From assembly GCF_009914755.1 (NCBI RefSeq), contig NC_060931.1: a DNA stretch of 64,000 nucleotides; one strand, written 5' to 3'. Source of the stretch: the human T2T-CHM13v2.0 reference genome, Homo sapiens. The position numbers and the translations under genes were made by a program. Within the stretch, counting starts at the first letter, position 1. Every line of letters begins with the position of its first letter. The notes below the pieces were generated by a model. The model did not search any database. It had not been told where the DNA came from and saw only the letters and a list, made by a program, of their open reading frames with translations. This document shows, piece by piece, positions 1 through 13,800 of this stretch.

Positions 1-3000
1 ATTCCATTCCATTCCATTGCATTCTTTTCCATTCCATCTCATTCGTCTCGGGTTGATTCCACTGCATCCCATTGCATTCCATTCCACTCCATTCCATTCC
101 ATTTCATTCCATTCCACTTGGGTTTATTCCATTCCATTTGATTCCATTCCTTTCCTTTCCATTCCCTGCCACTCAGGTTGACTCCATTCCATTCCATTTC
201 ATTCCATTCCATTCCATTCTGTTACACTCCATTCCATTCCATTCCATTCCATCACAGTCGTGTTGATTCCATTCAATTGCCTTCCGTTCCATTCCACTTG
301 GTTTGATACCATTCCATTCCATTCCATTCCATTCCAATCCTTTCCATGCCAATACATTCCAGTCGGGTTGATTCCAGTCCGTTCCGTTCCATTCCATTCC
401 ATTCCATTCATTTCCACTCGGGTTGATTATATTCCATTCCCTTCCATTCCATTCCATTCCACACCGGTTGATTCCAGTCCTTTCAAATCCATCCCATTGC
501 ATTCCATTCAGTTACGTTCCATTGAATTCCATTCCATTCCACTCTGGTTCATTCCATTCCTTTCCATTTCATTCCATTCTATTCAATTCCGATCGTGTTG
601 ATTTCATTCCATTCCATTCCGTTACATTCCACTCGGGTTGGCTCCATTCCATTCCATTCCTTTCCATCCGTTTCCATTCCATTCTATTCCACTCGTGTTG
701 ATTCCATTCCATTCCATTCCATTCCATTCCATTCCATTCCATTCCATTCCATTCCTTTCCATTCCATTCCCGTTGATTGCATTCCATTCCATTCCATTCC
801 ATGCCATTCCACTCTCATTGATTCCATTGCATTCCATTCCATTCCATGCCATTCCACTCTCGTTGATTCCATTCCATTCCATTCCATTCCTTTCCATTCC
901 ACTTGCGTTGATTCCATTCAATTCCATTCCATTACATTCCATTCCACTAGGGTTTATTCAATTTCACTCCATTCCATTCCATTCCATTCCATTCCATTCC
1001 ATTCCATTCGTGTTGATTCCAATTCCTTACAATCTATTCAATTCCATTCCATTGCATTACATTACATTACTTTCCTTTCCATTCCACTCGTGTGGATTCC
1101 ATTCCATTCCCTTTCATTCCATTCCACTATGGTTGATTCCACTCCATTCCTTTCCATTCCTTTCTTTTCCATTCCATTGCATTCGACTCAAGGTGATTCC
1201 AATCCATTCCATTCCATTGCATTCCATTCCATTCCATTCCATTCGTGTTGATTCCAATTCCTTACAATCTATTCAATTCCATTCCATTCCATTACATTAC
1301 TTTACTTTCCTTTCCATTCCACTCGTGTGGATTCCATTCCATTGCCTTCCGTTCCATTCCACTCTGGTTGATTCCACTCCATTCCTTTCCATTCCTTTCT
1401 TTTCCATTCCATTGCATTCGACTCAAGGTGATTCCAATCCATTCCATTCCATTCCATTGGATTCCATTCCATTCCATAGCATTCCGTTCCATTCCATTCC
1501 ATTGCATTCGGGTTGTTTCCAGTCCATTCCATTCCATTCAAGTCCATTCCATTCCATTCCGTTCCATTCCGTTCCACTCGAGTTGATTCCATTGCATCCC
1601 CTTCCATTTCATTCCACTCCATTCCATTCCATTCCATTCCATTCCACTCGGGTTTATTCCATTCCATTCCATTTAATTCTATTCCATTCCTTTCCATTCC
1701 ATGCCACTCAGGTTGATTCCATTCCATTCCATTCCATTCCATTCCGTTCCATTCCATTCCATTCCATTCGGGTTGAATCCGGTCCATTCCATTCCATTCC
1801 ATTCCATTCCATTCCTTTCCATCCGTTTCCATTCCATTCTATTCCACTCGGGTTGATTCCATTCCATTCCATTCCATTCCATTCCATTCCTTTCCATTCC
1901 ATTCCTGTTGATTGCATTCCATTCCATTCCATTCCATGCCATTCCACTCTCATTGATTCCATTCCATTCCATTCCATTCCATTCCATTCCATTCCATTCC
2001 ATTCCATTTCATTCCATTCCATTCCATTCCATGCCATTCCACTCTCGTTGATTCCATTCCATTCCATTCTCGTTGATTCCATTCCATTCCATTCCACTTG
2101 CGTTGATTCCATTCCATTCCATTCCATTCCATTCCACTCTGGTTTATTCAATTTCGCTCCATTCCATTCCATTGCATTCCATTCCATTCCATTCCATTCC
2201 ATTCCATTCCATTCCATTCGTGTTGATTCCAATTCCTTACAATCTATTCCATTCCATTCCATTCCATTCCATTCCATTCCATTCCATTCCATTACTTTCC
2301 TTTCCATTCCACTCGTTTGGATTCCATTCCATTGCCTTGCATTCCATTCCACTAGGGTTGATTCCACTCCATTCCTTTCCATTCCTTTCTTTTCCATTCC
2401 ATTGCATTCGACTCAAGGTGATTTGAATCCATTCCATTCCATTCCATTGCATTCCATTCCATTCCATAGCATTCCATTCCATTCCATTCCTTTCCATTCC
2501 ATTCCATTCCATTCCATTGCATTCGGGTTGTTTCCAGTGCATTCCATTCCATTCAAGTCCATTCCATTCCGTTCCATTCCACTCCAGTTGATTCCATTGC
2601 ATCCCCTTCCATTTCATCCCACTCCATTCCATTCCATTCCATTCCATTCCATTCCATTCCATTCCACTCGTGTTTATTCCATTCCATTCCATTTAATTCT
2701 ATTCCATTCCTTTCCATTCCATGCCACTCAGGTTGATTCCATTCCATTCCATTCCATTCCATTCTATTCCATTCCATTCCTTTCCGTTCCATTCCATTCC
2801 ATTCGGGTTGAATCCGGTCCATTCCATTGTATTCCATTCCATTCCATTCCATTCTATTCCACTCAAGTTGTTTACATTGCATCCCATTCCATTCCATTCC
2901 TCTCCATTCCTTTCCATTCCATTGCATTCCTTGCCATTCCATTCCATTCATCTCGGGTTGATGCCATTCCAGTCCATTTCAGTTCATTCCATGCCATTCC

Positions 3001-4843
3001 ATTCCATTCCATTCCATTCCATTCCATACGCATTGATACCATTCCATTCCATTCCATTCCATTCCATTCTATTCCATTCCTTTCCCTTCCATCCCATTCC
3101 AATCGAGTTGATTCCATTGCATTCGATTCCTTTCCATTCCATTCCATTCCATTCCATTCCATTCCATACCACTCGGGTTTATGCCATTCCATTCCATTCC
3201 ATTCCATTCCATTCCATGCCATTGCATTCCATTCCATTGCATTCCATTGGTGTTGATTCCAATCCATTACAATCTGTTCCATTCCATTACATTCCACTCG
3301 AGTGGATTCCACTGCATTCCATTCCATTCCATTCCATTCCACTCCATTCCATTCCATTCCATTCCATTCCACTCCATTCCATTCCATTCCATTGCTCTCG
3401 GGTTAATTCCATTCCATTCCATTCCATCCCATTCCATTCCATTCCATTCCATTCTATTCCATACCATTCCACTCGGGTTTTTTCAATTCCATTCCATTCC
3501 ATTCCATTCCATTCCACTCCATGCCACTCATGTTGATTCCATTCCATACCATTTCATTCCATTCCATTAAATTCTATTCCATTCCATTTCATTCCATTCC
3601 ATTCTATTCCATACCATTCCACTCGGGTTTTTTCCATTCCATTCCATTCCATTCCATTCCATTCCATTCCATTCAATTCCATTCCATGCCACTCATGTTG
3701 ATTCCATTCCATTCCATTTCATTCCATTCCATTAAATTCCATTCCATTCCATTCCATTCCATTCCATTCCATTCCATTCCACTCGTGTTGATTCCATTCC
3801 ATTGCCTTCCATTCCATTCCACTAGGGTTGATACCATTCCATTCCATTCTATTGCATTCTTTTCCCTTCCATCTCATTCGACTCGGGTTGATTCCACTGC
3901 ATCCCATTGCATTCCATTCCACTCCATTCCATTCCATTTCATTCCATTCCACTTGGGTTTATTCCATTCCATTTGATTCCATTCCTTTCCTTTCCATTCC
4001 CTGCCACTCAGGTTGACTCCATTCCATTCCATTTCATTCCATTCCATTCCATTCAGTTCCACTCCATTCCATTCCATTCCATTCCAGTCGTGTTGATTCC
4101 ATTCAATTGCCTTCCACTCCATTCCACTTGGTTTGATACCATTCCATTCCATTCCATGCCACTCATGTTGATTCCAATCCATTCCATTTCATTCCATTCC
4201 ATTAAATTCCATTCCATTCCATTCCATTCCATTCCATTCCATTCCATTCCATTCCATTCCATTCTATTCCATTCTACTCATGTTGATTCCATTCCATTGC
4301 CTTCCATTCCTTTCCACTAGGGTTGATACCATTCCATTCCATTCCATTACATTCTTTTCCATTCCATCTCATTCGACTCGGGTTGATTCCACTGCATCCC
4401 ATTGCATTCCATTCCACTCCATTCCATTCCATTTCATTCCATTCCACTTGGGTTTATTCCACTCCATTTGATTCCATTCCTTTCCTTTCCATTCCCTGCC
4501 ACTCAGGTTGACTCCATTCCATTCCATTTCATTGCATTCCATTCCATTCAGTTCCACTCCATTCCATTCCATTCCATTCCATCACAGTCGTGTTGATTCC
4601 ATTCAATTGCCTTCCGTTCCATTCCACTTGGTGTGATAGCATTCTATTCCATTCCATTTCATTCCAATCCTTTCCATGCCAATACATTCCAGTCGGGTTG
4701 ATTCCAGTCCGTTCCGTTCCATTCCATTCCATTCCATTCATTTCCACTCGGGTTGATTATATTCCATTCCCTTCCATTCCATTCCATTCCATTCATTTCC
4801 ACTCGGGTTGATTATATTCCATTCCCTTCCATTCCATTCCATT

Positions 4844-7800
4844 CCACACGGGTTGATTCCAGTCCTTTCAATTCCATCCCATTGCATTCCATTCAATTAC
4901 GTTCCATTGCATTCCATTCTATTACACTCTGGTTCATTCCATTCCATTCCATTTCATTCCATTCTATTCCATTCCGCTCGTGTTGATTTCATTCCATTCC
5001 ATTCCCTTACATTCCACTCGCGTTGGCTCCATTCCATTCCATTCCATTCCTTTCCATCCTTTTCCATTCCATTCTATTCCACTCGGGTTTATACCATTCC
5101 ATTCCATTCCATTCCATTCCATTCCATTCCATTCCATTCCTTTCCATTCCATTCCCGTTGATTGCATTCCATTCCATTCCATTCCATGCCATTCCACTCT
5201 CATTGATTCCGTTCCATTCCATTCCATTCCATTCCATTCCATTCCATTCCATTCCATTCCATTCCCGTTGATTGCATTCCATTCCATTCCATTCTATGCC
5301 ATTCTTTTAAATTCCATTGCATTTGACTCGGGTTGATTCCACTGCATCTCATTCCATTCCATTCCACTCCATTCCATTCCATTTCATTCCATTCCACTCG
5401 GGTTTATTCCATTCCCTTTGATTCCATTCCTTTCCTTTCCATTCCCTGCCACTCAGGTTGACTCCATTCCATTCCATTTCATTCCATTCCATTCCATTCA
5501 TTTCCACTCCATTCCATTCCATTCCATTCCATTACATTCCAGTCGTGTTGATTCCATTCAATTGCTTTCCAATTCATTCCACTCGGTTTGATACCATTCC
5601 ATTCCATTCCATTCCATTCCATTCCATTCTTTTAAATTCCATTGCATTCGACTTGGGTTGATTCCATTCCATTCTATTCCATTCCATTCCATTCCATTCG
5701 GGTTCATTCGAGTCCATTCCATTCTATTCCATTCCATTCCATTCCATTCCATTCCATTCCATTCCTTTCCATTCCATTCCACTCGAGTTGATTACATTGC
5801 ATCCCATTCCGTTCCATTCCACTCCATTCCATTTCATTCCATTCCATTCCACTAGCGTTTATTCCATTCTATTCTATTCCATTCCATTCCATTCCATTCC
5901 ACTCGCGTTCATTCCATTCCATTCCATTCCATTCCATTCCACCCCTTTCCACTCGAGTTGATTCTATTGCATTCGATTTCATTCCATTCCATTCCATTCC
6001 ATTCCATTCCATTCCATTCCATTCCATAACACTCGGGTTTATTCCATACTATCTATTCCACTCCATTCCATTGCTTTCCATTCCATTCCATTCCACTGGG
6101 GTTGATTCCATTCCATTCCATTTAATTCCTTTCCATTCCATTTCATTCCATTCAATTCCATCCCATTCTATTCCATTCACATCCATTCTCATTGATATGA
6201 TTCCAATCCCTTCCATTTCATTCCATTCCTTTCCATTACAATGCGTTCCAGATGATTCCTTTCCATTCCATTCCACTCCATTCCATTCCATTCCATTCCA
6301 TTCCATTCCATTCCATTCCTTTCCATTTGATTCCACTCAATTCCATTTCTTTCCATTCCATTCCTCTCTGGTTGATTCCATTCCGTTCCATTCCATTCCA
6401 TTCCATTACACTCGTGTTGATTCCAATGCATTGCCTTCCATTCCATTCCACTCGGGTTGATACCATTCCATTCCATTCCATTCTATTCCATTCCTTTCAA
6501 TTGCATTTCACTCGACTCGTGTTGATTCAATTCCATTCCATTCAATTCCATTCCATTTCATTCCATTCCATTCAACTCGGTTTGATTCCACTCCATTCCA
6601 TTTCATTCCATTCCATTCCATTGCATTCCATTCCATGCCATTCCACTGTTGTTGATTCCATTCCATTCCATTCCATTCCATTCCACTCGTGTTGATTCCA
6701 TTCCATTCCATTCCATTCCATTCCATTCCATTCCATTCCATTGCACTCCACTCGGGTTCATTCCATTCCATTCCATTCCATTCCATTCCATTCCATTCCA
6801 TTCCATTCCATTACATTCCATTCCACTCGAGTTGATTCCATTGCATTCCATTTCATTGCATTCTATTCCATTCCATTCCATTGAATTCCATTCCATTCCA
6901 TTCCATACCACTCGGGTTTCTTCCGTTCCATTCCATTCCATTCCATTCCATTCCATTCCATTCCACTCGGGTTGATTCCATTCCATTGCCTTCCTTTCCA
7001 TTCCACTCGGGTTGATTCCATTCCATTCCATTTCATTCCATTCCATTCCATCCCATTCCCTTCCATTCCATTCCATTCCATTCCATTCCACTCGGGTTGA
7101 TTCCATTCCATTGCCTTCCTTTCCATTCCACTCGGGTTGATTCCATTCCATTCCATTTCATTCCATTCCATTCCATCCCATTCCCTTCCATTCGCGTTGA
7201 TACCATTCCATTCCATTCCATTCCTTTCCATTGCAATGCATTCCAGATGATTCCATTCCATTCCATTCCATTCCATTCCACTCCATTCCATTCCATTCCA
7301 TTCCATTCCTTTTGATTCCATTCATTTCCATTCCATTCCATTCCATTCCTTTCCGGTTGATTCCTTTCCATTCCATTCCATTGCATTCCATTTCATACCA
7401 TTCCTCTCGGGTTTATTCCGTTACTTTCCATTTCATTCCATTCCATTCCATTCCATTCCATTCCATGCCACACTGGTTGATTCCGTTCCATGCCATTTAA
7501 TTCCTTTCCATTTCATTCCTTTCCATTCCATTCCATTCCATTCCACTCGTGTTGATTCCATTCCATTGCCTTCCTTTCCATTCCACTCGGGTTGATACCA
7601 TTCCATTCCATTCCGTTCCATTCCACTCCATTGCTTTCCATTCCATTACATTCGACTTCTGTTGATTCCATTCCATTCCATTCCTTTCCATTCCATTCGG
7701 GTTGATTCCAGTCCATTCCATTCTATTCCATTCCATTCCATTCCATTCCATTCCATTCCATTCCATTCCATTCCATTCCACTCGAGTTGAGTCCATTGCA

Positions 7801-10800
7801 TTCCATTCCATTGCATTCCATTCCACTCCAATCTACTCGGGTTTATTGCATTCCATTCCATACCATTCCATTAATTGCTATTCTATTCCATTCCAGTCCG
7901 GTTGATGCCATTCCATTCCATTCCATTCAATTGCATTCCATTCTCATTGATACCATTCCATTCCATTCCATTCCTTCCCATTGCATTGCATTCTAGATGA
8001 TTCCATTCCAATCAATTCCACTCCATTCCATTGCATATCATTCCATTCCATTCCATTCCATTCCATTCCATTCCACTCGTGTTGATTCCATTCCATTGCC
8101 ATCCATTCCATTCCACTCGAGTTGATACCAATCCATTCCATTGCATTCCATTCCTTTCCATTCCATTGCATTCAACTCGGGTTAATTGCATTCCATTTCA
8201 TTGCTTTCCATTCCATTCCATTGCATTCCTTTCAATTCCATTCCATTCCATTCCATTCCATTCCATTCCATTCCATTCCATGCGATTCGATTCCATTCCA
8301 CTCGAATTGACTACATTGCATCCCATTCCATTCCATTCCATTCCATTCCATTCCATACCATTCCACTCGGGTTTATTCCATTCCATTCCACTCCATTCCT
8401 TTTCATTGCATTCCATTCCTTCCCATTCCGTTCTATTCTAATCAGGTTGATTCCATTCCATTCCATTCCATTCCATTCCATTCGCGTTGATACCATTCGA
8501 TTCCATTCCAATCCAATCCTATACATTGCATTGCATTCCAGATGATTATATTCCATTCCGCACCACTCCATTCCATTCCATATCATTCCATTCCATTCCA
8601 TTCCTTTCCATTCCATTCCACTCGTGTTGATTTCATTCCATTGTATACCATTCCATTCCACTCGGGTTGATACCATTCCATTCCATTCCATGCCATTCCT
8701 TTACATTCCATTGCATTCGAGTTGTGTTGATTCCATTCCATTCCATTCAATTCCATACCATTTCATTCCATTTCATTCAACTCGGTTTGATTCCATTCAA
8801 TTCCATTTCATTCCATTCCATTCCACTGCATTCCATTCCATTCCATTCCACTCCGGTTGACTCCATTCCATTCCATTCCATTCCATTGCATTGCATTCCA
8901 TTCCATTTCAGTCCGGTTGATTCCATTCCATTCCATTCCATCTCATAGCATTCCATTCCATTCCACTCGCGTTGATTCCATTCCATTCCATTATATTATA
9001 CTCGTGATCTTTCCATTCCGTTCCATTCCATTCAATTCTATTCCATTCCATTGCATTCCATTCCTTTCCACTCCAGTTGATTCCATTGCATTCCATTCCA
9101 TTCCATTCCATTCCTTTCCATTCCATTCTATTCCTTTGCATTCCATTCCATTCCACTCGGGTTGATTCCATTCCATTCCATTTCATTCCATTCCATTCCA
9201 TCCCATTCCCTTCCATTCGCGTTGATACCATTCCATTCCATTCCTTTCCACTGCAATGCATTCCAGATGATTCCATTCCATACCATTCCATTCCATTCCA
9301 TTCCATTCCATTCCATTCCATTCCATTCCATTCCATTTGATTCCATTCATTTCCGTTCCATTCCATTCCATTCCTCTCTGGTTGATTCCTTTCCATTCCA
9401 TTCCATTCCATTGCATACCATTCCTCTCGGATTTATTCCTTTCCATTCCATTCCATTCCATTCCATTCCATTCCATTCCATTCCATTCCATGCCACACTG
9501 GCTGATTTCGTTCCATTCCATTTCATTCCTTTTCATTTCATTCCTTTCCATTATATTCCTTTCCATTCCATTCCACTCGTGTTGATTCCATTCCATTGCC
9601 TTCTTTTCCATTCCACTCGGGCTGATAACATTCCATTCCATTCCATTCCATTCTATTCCATTCCATTCCATTCCACTCCATTGCTTTCCATTCCATTGCA
9701 TTTGACTTCGGTTGATTCCATTCCATTCCATTCCTTTCCATTCCTTTCCATTCGGGTTCACTCCAGTCCATTCCATTCTATTCCATTCCATTCCATTCCA
9801 TCCCATTCCACTGGAGTTGATTCCGTTGCATTCCATTCCATTCCATTCCATTCCATTCCATTCCATTCCATCCCATTCTACTCGGGTTTATTGCACTCCA
9901 TTCCATACTATTCCATTAATTGCAATTCTCTTCCATTCCACACTGGTGGATGCCATTCCATTCCATTCCATTCCATTCTCGTTGATACCATTCCATTCCA
10001 TTCCATTCCATTCCTTCCCATTGCATTGCATTCCAGATGATTGCATTCCATTCCATTAAACTCCATTCCATTCCATATCATTCCATTCCATTCCATTCCT
10101 TTCCACTCGTGTTGATTTCATTCCGTTGCCATCCATTCCATTCCACTCGAGTTGATACCATTCCATTCCATTCCATTCCATTCCTTTCCATTGCATTCCA
10201 TTCCTTGCCATTCCATTCTATTCTAATCGGGTTGATTCCATTCCATTCCATTTCATTCCATTCCATTCCATTCCATTCCATTCCATTCCATTCCATTCCA
10301 TTCCTTTCCATTCCATTCCTTTCGCGTTGATACCATTCCATTCCATTCCATTCCAATCCTATCCATTGCATTGAATTCCAGATGATTACATTCCATTCCG
10401 TTTCACTCCGTTCCATTCCATACCATTCCATTCCATTCCATTCCTTTCCATTCCATTCCACTCGTATTGATTCCATTCCATTGTATACCATTCCATTCCA
10501 CTCGGGTTGATACCATTCCATTCCATTCAATTCCATACCATTTCATTCCATTTCATTCACCTCGGTTTGTTTCCATTCCATTCCATTTCATTCCATTGCA
10601 TTCCATTGCATTCCATTCCATTCCATTCCACTCCGGTTGATTCCATTCCATTCCATTCCATTGCATTGCATTGCATTGCATTCCATTCCATTCCACTCCA
10701 GTTGATTCCATTCCATTCCATTCCATTTCATTGCATTCCATTCCATTCCACTCGCGTTGATTCCATTCCATTACATTCCATTCCACTCGTCATCTTTCCA

Positions 10801-13800
10801 TTCCATTCCATTCCATTCCATTCCATTCTATTCCCTTCCATTCCATTCCTTTCCACTCCAGTTTATTCCATTGCATTCCATTCCATTCCATTCCATTCCA
10901 TTCCATTCCATTCCATTCCTTTCCATTCCATTCCACTCGGGTTGATTCCATTCCATTCGTCTTCATTCCATTCCATTCCTTTCCGTTCCATTCCATTCCC
11001 TTCCTTTCTCATTAATACAATTCCATTCCTTTCCATTCCATTCCTTTCCATTGCAATGCATTCCATATGATTCCATTCCAATCCATTCCACTCCATTCAA
11101 TTCCACTCCATTCCATTCCATTCCATTCCTTTCCATACCATTCCACTCGGGTTGATTCCATTCCATTCTATTCCATTCCATTCCATTCCATTCCATTCCA
11201 TTCCATTCCATTCCACTCGGTTTGATTCCATTCCATTCCATTTCATTCCATTCCATTACATTCCATTTCATTCCATTCCATTCCATTCCATTCCATTCCA
11301 TTCCATTCCATTCCACTCGTGTTGATTAAATTCCATTGCCTTCCATTCCATTCCACTCAGGTTGATTCCATTCCATTCCATTCCATTCCATTCCATTTCT
11401 TTCGATTCCATTGCATTCGAATCGGGTTGATTCAATTGCTTTCCATTCAATTCCATTCCATTTCTTTCCATTCCATTCAACTCGTTTTGATTCCATTCCA
11501 TTCCATTTCATTCCATTCTATTGCATTCCTTTCCATTCCATTCCACTCGGGTTGTTTCCATTCCATTCCATTCCATTCCATTCCATTCCATTCAATTCCA
11601 TTAAATTCCACTCAATTCCATTGTAGGAGATTTCTTTCCATTCCATTCCATTCCATTCCATTCCATTCCATTCCATTCCATGCCATTCCACTCTCATTGA
11701 TTCCATTGCATTCCATTCCATTCCTTTCCTTTCCACTTGCGTTGATTCCATTCAATTCCATTCCATTACATTCCATTCCACTAGGGTTTATTCAATTTCG
11801 CTCCATTCCATTCCCTTGCATTCCATTCCATTCCATTCCATTCGTGTTGATTCCAATTCTTTACAATCTATTCAATTCCATTCTATTCCATTACATTACA
11901 TTACTTTCCTTTCCATTCCACTCGTGTGGATTCCATTCCATTGCCTTCCATTCCATTCCACTATGGTTGATTCCACTCCATTCCTTTCCATTCCTTTCTT
12001 TTCCATTCCATTGCATTCGACTCAAGGTGATTCCAATCCATTCCATTCCATTCCACTCCATTCCATTCCATTCCATTCCTTTCCATTCCATTCCCATTGA
12101 TTGCATTCCATTCCATTCCATTCCATGCCATTCCACTCTCATTTATTCCATTCCATTCCATTCCATTCCATTTCATTCCATTCCATTCCATTCCATTCCA
12201 TGCCATTCCACTCTCATTGATTCCATTCCATTCCATTCCATTCCATTCCATTCCACTCGAGTTGATACCATTCCATTCCATTCCATTCCATTCCATTCCT
12301 TTCCATTGCATTCCATTCCTTGCCATTCCATTCTATTCTAATCGGGTTGATTCCATTCCATTCCATTTCATTCCATTCCATTCCATTCCATTCCTTTCCT
12401 TTACATTACATTACATTCCATTCCTTTCCATTCCATTCCTTTCGCGTTGATACCATTCCATTCCATTCCATTCCAATCCTATCCATTGCATTGAATTCCA
12501 GATGATTACATTCCATTCCATTTCACTCCGTTCCATTCCATACCATTCCATTCCATTCCATTCCTTTCCATTCCATTCCACTCGTATTGATTCCATTCCA
12601 TTGTATACCATTCCATTCCACTCGGGTTGATACCATTCCATTCCATTCCATTCCGTTCCTTTACATTCCGTTGCATTTGAGTCGTGTTGATTCCATTCCA
12701 TTCCATTCAATTCCATACCATTTCATTCCATTTCATTCACCTCGGTTTGATTCCATTCCATTCCATTTCATTCCATTGCATTCCATTGCATTCCATTCCA
12801 TTTCATTCCACTCTGGTTGATTCCATTCCATTCCATTCCATTGCATTGCATTGCATTGCATTCCATTCCATTCCACTCCAGTTGATTCCATTCCATTCCA
12901 TTCCATTTCATTGCATTCCATTCCATTCCACTCGCGTTGATTCCATTCCATTACATTCCATTCCACTCGTGATCTTTCCATTCCATTCCATTCCATTCCT
13001 TTGTATTCCCTTCCATTCCATTCCTTTCCACTCCAGTTTATTCCATTGCATTCCATTCCATTCCATTCCATTCCATTCCATTCCATTCCATTCCATTCCA
13101 TTCCATTCCTTTCCATTCCATTCCATTCCACTCGGGTTGATTCCATTCCATTCGTCTTCATTCCATTCCATTCCTTTCCATTCCATTCCATTCCCTTCCT
13201 TTCTCATTAATACAATTCCATTCCTTTCCATTCCATTCCTTTCCATTGCAATGCATTCCAGATGATTCCATTCCATTCCATTCCACTCCATTCAATTCCA
13301 CTCCATTCCATTCCATTCCATTCCATTCCTTTCCATACCATTCCACTCGGGTTGATTCCTTTCCATTCTATTCCATTCTATTCCATTCCATTCCATTCCA
13401 TTCCACTCGGTTTGATTCCATTCCATTCCATTTCATTCCATTCCATTACATTCCATTTCATTCCATTCCATTCCATTCCATTCCACTCGTGTTGATTAAA
13501 TTCCATTGCCTTCCATTCCATTCCACTCAGGTTGATTCCATTCCATTCCATTCCATTCCATGCCATTCCATTCCATTTCTTTCGATTCCATTGCCTTCGA
13601 ATCGGGTTGATTCAATTGCTTTCCATTCAATTCCATTCCATTTCTTTCCATTCCATTCAACTCATTTTGATTCCATTCCATTCCATTTCATTCCATTCTA
13701 TTGCATTCCTTTCCATTCCATTCCACTTGGGTTGTTTCCATTCCATTCCATTCCATTCCATTCAATTCCATTAAATTCCACTCAATTCCATCGTAGGAGA

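Noticed and set aside
638-3256. 872 aa ORF and all other + strand IPFHS-repeat ORFs
   Set aside because: (ATTCC)n has no stop codon in any frame, so long ORFs are expected. They overlap in all frames, have no domain-like content, and are not preserved between paralogous blocks.
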